Positions 1 through 9,765 of a stretch of DNA of 64,000 nucleotides are shown here, in pieces. Position 1 is the first letter of the stretch. Each line of letters opens with the position of its first letter. Under the pieces are notes generated by a model. The model was not told where the DNA came from and searched no databases. It saw only the letters and a list, made by a program, of their open reading frames with translations. Both the position numbers and the translations under genes were made by a program. Origin of the DNA: Phycisphaerae bacterium (GTDB lineage: Bacteria > Planctomycetota > Phycisphaerae > UBA1845). The stretch lies in contig CAXXGO010000001.1 of assembly GCA_963666835.2 (NCBI GenBank), forward strand, positions 1,568,001-1,632,000, written 5' to 3'.

Positions 1-431
1 AATACCTTCGGTTCGGCGTCGAGAGACTCGGTCCAATACCGAACCGCATGGTCTTGGAGCCCGTCGTTTTTGGAGAAGAAGTAACGTCCGCCCTCCTTGT
101 AGGGCATGCCGTGCTTCTCGTAATCCCACAGCGAGGTGATGCGCTCCTTGATGCGCTCCCGCGCCGGAATGTCTTCCAGGAATCCGAACGTCAGCTTGTT
201 CTGGGCTTCGATCCACTCCCTGGTCTCCGGGGCGTCCGGGTCTTCCAGCCAACGATAGGGGTCCGCGACTTCCGCGCCATGGTAGACATCAACCTGATCG
301 CCCATGCGGGCCTGAGGATAGTCGTAACCGCCGCCGAACATGGCACAACCGGAGCACGCCAGCGCCAACGCCAAAGCGCCGGCACAAAGCGCGACCGCCG
401 GGTAACGATTTGAGGGTCTCAAAATTGCCAT
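1..431 (-). CDS. Prolyl oligopeptidase (S9A) family lipoprotein, N-terminal part (runs off the window)
   Basis: Manual translation from ATG at 431 (upstream GAAAGGGA): [29 protein letters not shown]...[44 protein letters not shown], the typical POP N-terminus. Not in the ORF track because it is open at the edge. Confidence 0.9.
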   Translation of the reverse strand, partial: MAILRPSNRYPAVALCAGALALALACSGCAMFGGGYDYPQARMGDQVDVYHGAEVADPYRWLEDPDAPETREWIEAQNKLTFGFLEDIPARERIKERITSLWDYEKHGMPYKEGGRYFFSKNDGLQDHAVRYWTESLDAEPKV

Positions 432-1460
432 CAACTGTCCCTTTCACACAGAACCGGTTCACCAGTAAGAGCCGCCCCCAGCGGCCGTCAGGTCCGCCTC
501 GCCGAGTGGCGACGGCAGCACCTTCAACACCTGCAGCGCGGACTTGCCGCCCGGGGCACACCACGCCTTTGTAACCAACCCACGGACCCCGTACAAGCAG
601 AGCCGCCAAGACCACGCCCCAGTTGACATCTTTTAACAGGATTGTACCGTTCCGCCTTTCCCTGGACCCCCGCATGTCCTCTGGTCACCGGGCCCGCGTC
701 CCCGGACCTTCTCGACTTAATCGGTGCGGCACGCGCAAGCGACCGGCGTTTGGCGGATGAACGCGCAAGCTTGTCAGCCTTTGCGGCAGGTCTCGTACCG
801 CGACCATGCCCTTCGAACCAGCTCGGCATCTGGCGGCGTGGCCACGTTCTTTTGAGTTTGGCGAATGCCGCAGTTTGTAGCATACGCGCGCGGAGTAGGG
901 TCGCCTGAACACGGGGGAGCTGATGACAGTGCCTGCTCGCAGTCAACGGCAGATCTCGTGCGTTAACCTTCGTCAGCGTCCTGTACGTAACGTAGGGATC
1001 CTGCGTGCGGCCTTTCGCACATCGCACGGAGTGACGCGAGTTCTCCACCTCTGAAGATGTGGGCCACCCGACGCTTCAGGCGAGCGGGCTCGTCGAAGTC
1101 CTTATTGGCACCCAATGCTTCGTACGACCAGGACTGACGAATTCGCTCATCAGCCGGTTGCGTCTTTCACCCTGCGAGGTCCCGACCGACCTGGCAAACG
1201 ACGGAATTAGCGAGTAATTAGTAATGTCCCCTTTCTCCCTTTCTTTCCGGATGGGTTTCTGGGAGGCACAAGGAGCCAGAGGCCGCCGTAGGCCCCTGGA
1301 GCAGGCAAACAGGCGTGATTCACGGCGAGAGCAACCGTTTTCGCTTGAACCGAGCAGGCCGTCCAGGTAGAGTGATTGCTGGAAGTTCAATGACTGGAGT
1401 ATTCCGGCTAAAGGGAGGTTCCGCACTTCAAGCCAAGCACCCCTGGATGGAGGGAAAAGG

Positions 1461-2726
1461 ATGATACGCCTGGAGGTAGCCGTCTTTCTTGCATTTGCGG
1501 TAGCCCTCGGTAAGACCGCGTCCGAGGCGCAGGCACAGAACATATACTGGACGGACAGTGATGGTCGCTCCATTCGCCGCGCTGACCTAGACGGTACGAA
1601 CATTGAGGAACTGGTTACGCGCACGCCGGGGTTTCCAGCGGGAATAGCTCTGGACTTGTCGGCAGGCCGGATGTTTTGGGTCGAGTCGTCCGACGGAGAT
1701 TACTTTGGCGGTCGTGATCCATCGATTCGCCGCGGTCAGCTCGATGGTCTTGGCGTCGCGACGGTGTTCGCAGAGTCGTGGATGTACCCGCGGGACATCA
1801 CCCTCAACGTGAACGAGGGTAAGATGTATTGGAGTAGCGGAGTGTGTCGCGGCTGCTTGTGCAACGGCTTTCCCTCAATCCAGCGCGCTGACCTGGATGG
1901 TTCGGACCATGAGTTCCTCGCCGGGGAGACATCTTGTGCCCCGCGGGGGATTGCTCTCGATCCCTCGGCCGGCAAAATCTACTGGACCGACTGGGGAGGA
2001 TGCGGTATGCTCTTCACCATTCCTCCAACGCTCCAGCGCGCTAACCTGGACGGATCAGACCTCGAGATCCTCATCGACACCGACGTCTTCGACCCGGAGG
2101 CAATTGCTCTCGACTTGAGCGCCGGCAAGATGTACTGGACCGAACTCGCGACGTGGGGCGACGTTCCCGCAAGAATCCGGCGGGCCAATCTGGACGGATC
2201 CGAGATCGAAGACCTGGTGACTTACGGCCTATCCAAGCCCAAAGGGATCGCCCTTGATCTCGCCGCGAACAAGATGTACTGGACCGACTCGGGTACCGAC
2301 ACAATCAGGCGCGCCAATCTTGATGGCTCCGGCATTGAAACCGTGGTCTCCGCCACCTCGGCAGGCGCGAGCCCAACCGGTATTGCCCTCGATCTCACCG
2401 GCGCCTGCTGCCAAGTCAACGGAACGTGCGTCGACATGGACGGCACGGTCTGCGTGAATCAGGGTGGCAACCCCGGCGGGGCCGGTACAGTTTGCGACGG
2501 CGACCAGGACGGCGACGGCTTGGACAGATTCTGCGGCGACGACTGCCCGAACGACCCACACAAAACCTCCCTGGGCATCTGCGGCTGCGGCGTTGACGAC
2601 TCCCTTTTTGCCCCTGAATGCCTGGGTATTCCCACGGTCTCTGTGTGGGGGATGATAGTCTTGACGCTGCTTTTGCTCACCGCCGGGAAGGTCTGCTTCA
2701 CCAAGTACCGGCGCGAAGCTCAGTAG
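1461..2726 (+). CDS. Secreted YWTD (LDL-receptor class B) beta-propeller protein with Cys-rich segment and IPTL-CTERM sorting tail
   Basis: Signal peptide; repeated GIALDLSAGKMYWTD...IRRANLDGS blades; C-terminus GIPTVSVWGMIVLTLLLLTAGK...RR. Confidence 0.88.
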   Translation: MIRLEVAVFLAFAVALGKTASEAQAQNIYWTDSDGRSIRRADLDGTNIEELVTRTPGFPAGIALDLSAGRMFWVESSDGDYFGGRDPSIRRGQLDGLGVATVFAESWMYPRDITLNVNEGKMYWSSGVCRGCLCNGFPSIQRADLDGSDHEFLAGETSCAPRGIALDPSAGKIYWTDWGGCGMLFTIPPTLQRANLDGSDLEILIDTDVFDPEAIALDLSAGKMYWTELATWGDVPARIRRANLDGSEIEDLVTYGLSKPKGIALDLAANKMYWTDSGTDTIRRANLDGSGIETVVSATSAGASPTGIALDLTGACCQVNGTCVDMDGTVCVNQGGNPGGAGTVCDGDQDGDGLDRFCGDDCPNDPHKTSLGICGCGVDDSLFAPECLGIPTVSVWGMIVLTLLLLTAGKVCFTKYRREAQ

Positions 2727-3158
2727 CCTCCGAGGCCTTGGCCAGGGTCCTCGCGGCTTGCCTCCGGACTCCACGGCACCGCCAGGAGCCTCTGAAGCCC
2801 GGTCAGTCTTTCCGTGACTGCGGCGGAAAGAGACGTAACCATGGTACTGCGGTATCGCGACCCGAGCGGCCGAGCACAGTGCTCTGACACGGTGAGCGCT
2901 ACCGTGGTGATGGTCAAGCTGAAGCAGAAAGGTGTCAGGAGGAGTTTCTCGGGAACATTAACGCGAGTGCCGGGCTACGAGAACAGGATGCCTCTCTGTC
3001 AGAAGCGCCGGGGCTCGTCGATAACGCCTCGGTCTGCGGAGCGTTGCGTCGGCATGGCCATTCCCCAAAGCACTGGAAAACCAACCTGGGAAAGTTGCCC
3101 CCCTCGCGCGGAAACGACCCCTTTATCCAGATTCTCTCAATGCGTTATCTGCTATCTT

Positions 3159-3186
3159 CATGGCCACGCAAGCGTGGCGCATGGCA
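3159..3186. repeat. REP-like palindrome forming the 5' exon/target of the intron
   Basis: CATGGCCACGC-AA-GCGTGGCGCATGGCA hairpin; continues as CCCG at 4097 after the intron. Confidence 0.55.
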
Positions 3187-4096
3187 GGAGCAGCCGACAA
3201 GGCTGCGGATCTTATGGGGTGAGAGTCCCCTCGCCGTCAGTTTCCCGGTTCGGACGGCTAGCTTATTCGATGCACGTGTCTGGTAACAGCACGTGTTCTG
3301 CTCGAACGAAAACGCCACGGCTGCCCTGCAGGCTCAGAACTGCAGCGGTGGGAGCGATCGGGGTGGCAAGCAAACTTGGAGGCCTGAACATTAGTGAATG
3401 GCTGCAGCTGCGAAAGTACGCCCGCTCGGGAAATCGCTGGAGCGGATTATTGCGGGAAAGCCGACCCGATTGCCATGCGGGGAAGGCCGACGTCATCGAG
3501 GGAAGAAACGGGAATGTGCACCTCGACGACCCGCCGCGGTAGGGACCCAGGCATCCAAGGAAAGATCTGCAGAGATAACGTCGGGAAGGGCCATCTCCCA
3601 GCAGGGACTGGCGACAACCTGCGAAGACTCGCCGACCAAGGCAACGACCGTAGGCGGCGAGAGGGATTTGGTCCGGCGCATGGGCCCGTATGAGCGATGA
3701 AGGCGGGGTAATGCCCGCTGACGTAGCCCGCGAGGCTGCGACGTGACGGGTAACGCCCGAAGCGTGCAAAGGGGCCCTGGATACTTGGCGGTCCTGGGGC
3801 GCTCCCGGACATTGAGCCGGGATCGAGCGTACCCTTAAAGAGTGGACGAGCGTCGCATGCAAACCACAGCCAAGAGGGGCGTATACGAGCCAGCGTTTGA
3901 GTTTCCTTGGTTGTGGGCAGGCAGTGGCGGGACAAGCCAAGGTCAGAACCGGACTCGGGAAATCCGACCGTCCGGGATCGTAGGGGGGCCTCGGGAAACG
4001 TGGCTCATGGTGGAACTGTGAACCCACTCCGCAACCGAAAGGGCGGATCTGGAAACCCTCCACCTAAAAGCGCGCGCGCCCGAGTTCTATCCCGAC
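3187..4096 (+). mobile_element. ORF-less group II intron-like RNA (IIB-like) with atypical domain V
   Basis: D1 GGGGTGAGAGTCCCC hairpin; alpha TTTCCCG (3241-3247) pairs with alpha' CGGGAAA (3453-3459); EBS1 TGCCATG (3471-3477) in a stem-loop, complementary to 5' exon CATGGCA (3180-3186); D3-like GGGCCCGTATGAGCGATGAAGGCGGGGTAATGCCCGC...AAAGGGGCCC; D5 at 3946-3979; long D6 with bulged A4089 at -8 and AC terminus; D4 only ~150 nt with no RT ORF. The 5' junction is uncertain by 1 nt. Confidence 0.85.
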
Positions 4097-4142
4097 CCCG
4101 CCACCCGTTGCCTTCCTCTATAAGGGGCGGGGAATCCGGTGG

Positions 4143-6032
4143 TTAACCCGTTGCGTCTTTCACCAGCAAATCGTTTATCCGTTCGGCGAAGGCGGTGGGG
4201 TCCTCCAGCTTTGAGCCTTCGGCGATCAGGGCCTGGTCGTAGAAGAGGTGCGCGTATTTCTCGATCCGCGGGTCGGCGGGGTCTTTCTTGTGCAGATCAC
4301 GCACGGCCAGGACGGCTCGGTGCGCGGGGTTCAGTTCAAGCGTCTGCCGGGGACGGTCCGCGGCATCGCTGCGTCCGATTCGCTCCATGATCCGGCTTAT
4401 ATGCACGCCCATGGCGCCTTCGTCGAGGACCAGGCAGGCGGCGCTCTCGTTCATTCTCGTTGACAGGCGGACGTCCTTGACGCTCTCCAGGTGCTTACTC
4501 AGGTCCTTGAGCAGGTCGGCGAATTCGGTCCGGGCTTCGTCCAGCTTCTCCTTCTCGGTCTCGTCGGCGTCCAGCGCGCCTCTGTCCGCGGCCTTGAGCT
4601 TCTTGCCCTTGTATTCGGGCAGGGACGAGATCATGAACTCGTCGAACGGGTCGGTCATCAGAAGAACGTCGAATCCTCGGCTCCTGAACGCCTCGACGTG
4701 CGGGGAACGGGCGAGAAGGTCGCGGTCTTCGCCGACGAGGTAGAATATCTCTTCCTGCCCGTCGGGCATGGCCTCCACGTATTTGTCGAGGGTCGTGTAT
4801 TTGCCGGACTCAGTGGCGACGGACTCGAAGAGGGTGAGTCCGGCGATCCGCTCGCGGTTGGACCAGTCGTGAGTGACGCCTTCCCGGAGAATGCTCCCCA
4901 ACTCCTCGTGAAACTCGACGTAGGCGTCGTAGTCCTCGGTCCGCAGTTCCTCCAACGCCGAGAGGACCCGCTTGACGATGTTCTTCTGGATCTTGCCCAG
5001 AAGCGGGTTCTGTTGGAGCATCTCGCGGGATACGTTCAGGGGCAGGTCGGTGCAGTCCACCACGCCGCGCACGAACCGCAGGTAGCCGGGCAGAAGCGCC
5101 TCGCAATGGTCCGTGATGAACACCCGCCGGACGTAAAGGTGCAGTTGCGACTTCGGCTCCCCCCAAGCTAAGTCCAGCGGCTTGTGCTTGGGAATGTATA
5201 CGAGCACGCGGAACTCCGTAGCGCCCTCGGCGACGTAGTGGATCGTCTTGACCGGGTCGTGAAAGTCGCGCGAGATGTGTTTGTAGAACTCCTTGTGCTC
5301 TTCCTCGGTTACCTCGGACTTGGGGCGGAGCCAGATGGCCTTGCGGGTGTTGAGCGTCTCCTCCGTGACGGTTTTCACCCCTTCGTCGTCTTCCTTTTCG
5401 ACGTCCATGACTACGGGGTGCTCGATGAAGTCGGAGAACTTGGTCACCACGCGGCGCAGACGCATCGGCTGCAGGTATTCGCGGGCATCTTCGCGCAGGT
5501 GCAGGGTGACGTCCGTTCCACGGGTCTCTTTCTCGACCGATTCGATCGTATACTCGCCCTGGCCGTCGGATTCCCATCTGACTCCGGCGTCCTTCGCCCC
5601 GCCCGGCCGCGATAGCACCGTAACGCGATCGGCGACGATGAACGAAGCGTAGAAGCCGACCCCGAACTGTCCGATCAGGTCCGGGCGGTTCTTCACGTCG
5701 GCTTGGGCGAGGTTTTGCAGAAACGCCTGTGTGCCCGACTTGGCGATAGTGCCCAACTCGTCGACGATGGACTCACGGGACATGCCCGTTCCGTTGTCAG
5801 AGACGGTGAGCGTACCGGCGGTCTCGTCGACCGAGATACGGATCTTCCAATCGGAATCACCTTCCAGGAGATCCTCGTTTTCAAGCGAGTTGAACCGGAC
5901 GCGATCGATGGCGTCACACCCGTTACTGATCAGCTCCCTAAGGAACACATCCTTGTCGGAGTAGAGTGAGTGGGTGATGATGTCGAGGAGCTGTTTCAGT
6001 TCCGTCTTGAATTCGAGCGTTTCTGCGCTCAT
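4143..6032 (-). CDS. htpG: Chaperone HtpG (Hsp90)
   Basis: HSLYSDKDVFLRELISN, LGTIAKSGT, IGQFGVGFYASF, DLPLNVSRE motifs. Confidence 0.98.
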   Translation of the reverse strand: MSAETLEFKTELKQLLDIITHSLYSDKDVFLRELISNGCDAIDRVRFNSLENEDLLEGDSDWKIRISVDETAGTLTVSDNGTGMSRESIVDELGTIAKSGTQAFLQNLAQADVKNRPDLIGQFGVGFYASFIVADRVTVLSRPGGAKDAGVRWESDGQGEYTIESVEKETRGTDVTLHLREDAREYLQPMRLRRVVTKFSDFIEHPVVMDVEKEDDEGVKTVTEETLNTRKAIWLRPKSEVTEEEHKEFYKHISRDFHDPVKTIHYVAEGATEFRVLVYIPKHKPLDLAWGEPKSQLHLYVRRVFITDHCEALLPGYLRFVRGVVDCTDLPLNVSREMLQQNPLLGKIQKNIVKRVLSALEELRTEDYDAYVEFHEELGSILREGVTHDWSNRERIAGLTLFESVATESGKYTTLDKYVEAMPDGQEEIFYLVGEDRDLLARSPHVEAFRSRGFDVLLMTDPFDEFMISSLPEYKGKKLKAADRGALDADETEKEKLDEARTEFADLLKDLSKHLESVKDVRLSTRMNESAACLVLDEGAMGVHISRIMERIGRSDAADRPRQTLELNPAHRAVLAVRDLHKKDPADPRIEKYAHLFYDQALIAEGSKLEDPTAFAERINDLLVKDATG

Positions 6033-6129
6033 CGTACTCTCCTTCCGCCCGTCAACCGCAACATGAGTTTTCTAACGTCTCGCCCAGCCGGTCTCCCCGC
6101 CCGACCCTTGCTGGGGAGCTTGCGTGCGG

Positions 6130-6159
6130 ATTATACCGGCCGTCTCCGAGCCGGTGCAA
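6130..6159 (-). promoter_or_regulatory. Sigma70-type promoter for htpG
   Basis: Minus strand TTGCAC-N18-TATAAT about 100 nt upstream of the htpG start. Confidence 0.55.
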
Positions 6160-6261
6160 CGCCACGCAGGTGGCGGCGCGGATGTTGGCGGATAGAAGGG
6201 GGGAGGATAGACTCCGTGGTAGGATGCCTCGTCGGCGGTTGTTCAAACGGAGAAACCTCTA

Positions 6262-6822
6262 ATGGCCCGACTTGATGTAGACCCGAACCGGTGGATGGAA
6301 CGGCCGCAGATCGCGCAGGAGACCCACGCGCGGATGGCGGACGAGGGGATCATCCTCGCTGCTTCGGACAGAGGCGGCCGGCTTAATCCCATGACGATCG
6401 GGTGGGGCGTGTTCGGTTGGATCTGGGGCCGCCCGGTGTTCACGGTTCTGGTTCGGCCGTCGCGTTATACGTACGAGTGCGTTGAGGCCACCGGCGATTT
6501 TACTGTGAACGTTCAGCCGGCGGATCGGCGCGATCTGGCCGATATCTGCGGGGCATCATCGGGACGCGACAGGGACAAGATGGCGGATCTGGGTTTGACC
6601 ACACTGCCCAGCCGGAAGATTACGAGCCCCGGAATCGCCGAGTGCCCGATCGTCTTCGAGTGCATGGTCGTCCATTGCAACGACGTCCTTCCCCCGGAAC
6701 TGGCCGCGGACATCACGCGCACGTATTACACGGATGGGGACTTTCACCGTTGCTACTACGGGGAGATTCTCAATATCTCCGTTGACCGGGACAAGTTCGA
6801 CTGCGGATGGGACGCGTGTTGA
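6262..6822 (+). CDS. Flavin reductase-like / flavoredoxin family protein
   Basis: NPMTIGWG, VRPSRYT, CGASSGRDRDK, IAECPIVFEC, DFHRCYYGEI motifs. Confidence 0.88.
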   Translation: MARLDVDPNRWMERPQIAQETHARMADEGIILAASDRGGRLNPMTIGWGVFGWIWGRPVFTVLVRPSRYTYECVEATGDFTVNVQPADRRDLADICGASSGRDRDKMADLGLTTLPSRKITSPGIAECPIVFECMVVHCNDVLPPELAADITRTYYTDGDFHRCYYGEILNISVDRDKFDCGWDAC

Positions 6823-6940
6823 AAAAGGGAGACGGCTCCGAGCCGGTTTCTACTTACGGTATCAGAAGACCCCTTCGGCGAGTTGCCTGTGCCTTTCTTC
6901 ATTACGGGTGGAGAATCCGGCAGATTGGGAGGATTGAATT

Positions 6941-7450
6941 GTGGAAGTGCTTGACGTTATCACCAAACGGTGCAGCGTTCGCTCTTACTCAGACCGTGCC
7001 GTGGAACGCGACAAGATCGACCGGTTGCTCGAAGCGGCGCGGCTGGCGCCGTCGGCCAGCAACCGGCAGGAGTGGCGGTTTGTGGTGGTCACCGATCACG
7101 ACATGCGCAACGCTCTCATGGAGGCGGCGAGCCGGCAACCGTTTGTTGCGCAGGCGCCGGTGGTCATTGCCGCGTGTGCCCAGACCGACGGGCACGTAAT
7201 GCGTTGCGGGCAGCCGTGCTATCCAATCGATGTCGCTATTGCCGTTGACCATATCACGCTCCAGGCGGTGGCGGAGGGGTTGGGTACTTGCTGGATCGGG
7301 GCGTTCGATGAGATTCAGGTCAAGGAGCTTCTGGCCATTCCGCAGGACGTTCGGGTCGTGGAGCTTCTGACGGTGGGCTATCCGGCAGGCGGACGGCCGC
7401 AACGCTCCCGCGTGCCGATGGACCGGATCGTCCATTGGGAGAAATGGTAG
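6941..7450 (+). CDS. Nitroreductase family protein
   Basis: KRCSVRSY, LAPSASNRQEWRF, GLGTCWIGAF, VGYP motifs. Confidence 0.93.
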   Translation: MEVLDVITKRCSVRSYSDRAVERDKIDRLLEAARLAPSASNRQEWRFVVVTDHDMRNALMEAASRQPFVAQAPVVIAACAQTDGHVMRCGQPCYPIDVAIAVDHITLQAVAEGLGTCWIGAFDEIQVKELLAIPQDVRVVELLTVGYPAGGRPQRSRVPMDRIVHWEKW

Positions 7451-7461
7451 GGCTGCTCCCC

Positions 7462-8202
7462 TCAGAGATGGTTCACCCAGATGGCGGCCGGAATCGATGC
7501 GATCAGCAGAAACGCCGCTATCACATCCGCACGGGACACAGTTACTTCACGCAGGAAGGTGCGGTGGCGATGGAGACCGAAAGCTCGGCCCTCCATCGAT
7601 AGCGAGAGCGAATGGGCGGTGCGCAGAGCCGATACCAACAGCGGCAAGCAAAGGTGACGCAGGATCAGCCCCCAGCGACGCGGACCCCGGGCGTCGTAGG
7701 CGACCCCACGCACCAACTGGGCCTGATAGACGTTGTGGGCTTCCACGCGGAAGATCGGGGCCAGGCGCAGCGCTGTGACCAGCGTGAACCCCCAACGGTA
7801 GGGCAATCCAGCGCGCATCAGACCGCACGCCAGAGAGACCGGGTCGGTGGTGACCACGAATAGAGTGCTCATCAGCACGACGGCCAGCAGGCGACCTGCC
7901 GCACGGGTACCCGAGGTCAAGCCGGCGTCGGTGGCCGGTCCGAAGACCGGGTTCCCGCCACTGCCGGACAGGGAATGAGTCGCAAAGATTACGAGTCCGA
8001 GGGTCAGCCAAACCCTCTTGCCCGGGATACGCCACGGGGCGACCCCCGCGGTCCACAGCAGCACTATCGCAAGCCCCATGCCGATTAGCGGGGCGGCGGT
8101 CGAACTGGAGGCGAACACGATGATCGTTCCCCATGCAAGCCAACCGAGCTTCACCAGGGGGTGAAGACCGTGGGTGACTGACTTACCGGGCTGATAGTCC
8201 AT
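7462..8202 (-). CDS. ECF transporter T component (EcfT/CbiQ-like)
   Basis: GKSVTHGLHPLVKL start, TM helices, AQLVRG and SMEGRAF conserved Arg motifs. Confidence 0.92.
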   Translation of the reverse strand: MDYQPGKSVTHGLHPLVKLGWLAWGTIIVFASSSTAAPLIGMGLAIVLLWTAGVAPWRIPGKRVWLTLGLVIFATHSLSGSGGNPVFGPATDAGLTSGTRAAGRLLAVVLMSTLFVVTTDPVSLACGLMRAGLPYRWGFTLVTALRLAPIFRVEAHNVYQAQLVRGVAYDARGPRRWGLILRHLCLPLLVSALRTAHSLSLSMEGRAFGLHRHRTFLREVTVSRADVIAAFLLIASIPAAIWVNHL

Positions 8203-8205
8203 CGT

Positions 8206-9765
8206 TTATCCTGAAGCCGTCTCATCCGCAGTCGGATTACTTACCGACGGCGCGTACGCGCCAAATCCCATCTTTCGGAGCTGCTCGAAGGCCGCGTGGA
8301 CCGGTGCGTCGATGATTATGCGCCCGCCGGCTATGAATAGCACGCGCGTACAGGCTCGGACAACGACTCGCGGGTCATGGGTTACGAGCAAGCCTGCGCC
8401 CCATTGCGGCTTGCCGGCATCTTGGTCGCCATTCAAGGCGTCTTGGAGCTTGCCGCCGATCGTATCGAGCATAAGCGTTATATTGCGCGAGTCCTGCCCG
8501 GCGAACGGCTCGTCCATCAGGAGCAGCCGGGGGTGGTGCAGGATTGCCGAGATCAGGTTGAGCCGCCTTTTCTGCCCCCAGCTCAGCCGGTAGGGATGGT
8601 CCTCGCTCCGAGCGGCAAGTCCGGCAGTCTTCAGAAGACGAGCAGCCTCCGGTTCTTCTGCCGTGCCGGGTGGTTTGAGGTTACGCACGGCGAACAGCAA
8701 CTCACTCCAGACGGTGTCGGCCACCAGTTGGTGATCGGCGTTTTGAAACACCATGCCGACACGTTGAGCCAGGCGCGAGACCGCCACGGGGGTGACATCC
8801 ATATCGCACACGCGAATCGAGCCACGGACCGGTTGCACCAGGCCCATCAGGCAACGCAACAGGGTCGATTTCCCGCCGCCGTTGGGACCGAGAAGGGCCA
8901 CGACCTCACCCGGTCGGATAGTAAGGTCGATATCCTGGAGGATCGTGCTTCCGCCTAGTTCAACGGTAGTGTCCGACACTTCAACCAGCGGTTGTGCCGT
9001 GATTTCGACCCGAGTGCTAAGGTCGTTGCCCAGGCGTCCCGGATCCGGGTCCGCCAGGTACGACGGGCATACGTTTGACACGGCATCCCCACGCAGATCG
9101 GTAACGACCTGCCCTTCCTCCAGAACGACCAAACGCGGCTTCAGGGGAAGCAGATGGGCGAGCTTATGTTCTACAATGACCACGGTGAGTTTCTTCTCGC
9201 GGCACAACGCTGCCAGCGTGTGAAACAGGTCGCGGGACGCCTGGGGGTCGAGACTGGCGGTCGGTTCATCGAGAATAAGAGCCTCCGGATGACCCGCAAC
9301 CACCGAAGCGACGGCGACGCGTTGCTGCTCTCCGCCGGACAGCGTGGCCAGCGTCCGCCCGGCAAGGTGGGTGATCGACAGCAGCTCCATTGCTTCCGCG
9401 CGGCGTGCCAGGATCTCGTCCACCGGCAGGCCGCGGTTTTCCAGCCCGAAGGCGACCTCGTCATCGACGGTCAGAGTGGCGAAATGGGCTTCCGGGTTCT
9501 GTTGGACCAGAGCGATACTCTCGGAAACTTGGTGAAGGGGGGTGGTGAGGACATCGTGATCCGCAATGCGGATGCTGCCCTCAGTGTCGCCGGCGTGTCT
9601 TCCCACGAGGAGTCCGCAGGCGGCCAGTGCCAAAGAAGTTTTGCCGGATCCACTAGTGCCGGCGATTGCGACGAACTCTCCGCGGGCAATCTGCAGGGAG
9701 ACTTCGCGCAGCGCCCAGCATTCCGAGCCCTCGAAACGCCATCCGAATCGGTCGAGGTGGATCAT
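8206..9765 (-). CDS. ECF transporter fused double ATPase (A-A')
   Basis: Two Walker A motifs (GTSGSGKT, GPNGGGKST), signatures LSGGEQQR and LSWGQKRR, QNPEAHF..TVDDEVAFGLEN. Confidence 0.95.
   Translation of the reverse strand: MIHLDRFGWRFEGSECWALREVSLQIARGEFVAIAGTSGSGKTSLALAACGLLVGRHAGDTEGSIRIADHDVLTTPLHQVSESIALVQQNPEAHFATLTVDDEVAFGLENRGLPVDEILARRAEAMELLSITHLAGRTLATLSGGEQQRVAVASVVAGHPEALILDEPTASLDPQASRDLFHTLAALCREKKLTVVIVEHKLAHLLPLKPRLVVLEEGQVVTDLRGDAVSNVCPSYLADPDPGRLGNDLSTRVEITAQPLVEVSDTTVELGGSTILQDIDLTIRPGEVVALLGPNGGGKSTLLRCLMGLVQPVRGSIRVCDMDVTPVAVSRLAQRVGMVFQNADHQLVADTVWSELLFAVRNLKPPGTAEEPEAARLLKTAGLAARSEDHPYRLSWGQKRRLNLISAILHHPRLLLMDEPFAGQDSRNITLMLDTIGGKLQDALNGDQDAGKPQWGAGLLVTHDPRVVVRACTRVLFIAGGRIIIDAPVHAAFEQLRKMGFGAYAPSVSNPTADETASG

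Noticed and set aside
432..1460. ORFs 524-1048 and 1076-1624, plus TAATTAGTAATGTCCCCTTT near 1214-1234 resembling a transposon/REP end
   Set aside because: No recognisable protein motifs; only one half-repeat and no transposase, so no element is called.
3579..3587. GTCGGGA is complementary to the intron's 3'-terminal TCCCGAC, hinting at a circularly permuted intron
   Set aside because: Domain order is the normal D1-D6, and both segments have conventional partners (D1 base, D6 stem).
2814..4146. Overlapping ORFs (242, 266, 162 aa) across the intron
   Set aside because: No RT (YADD) or maturase motifs; they are by-products of GC-rich structured RNA.
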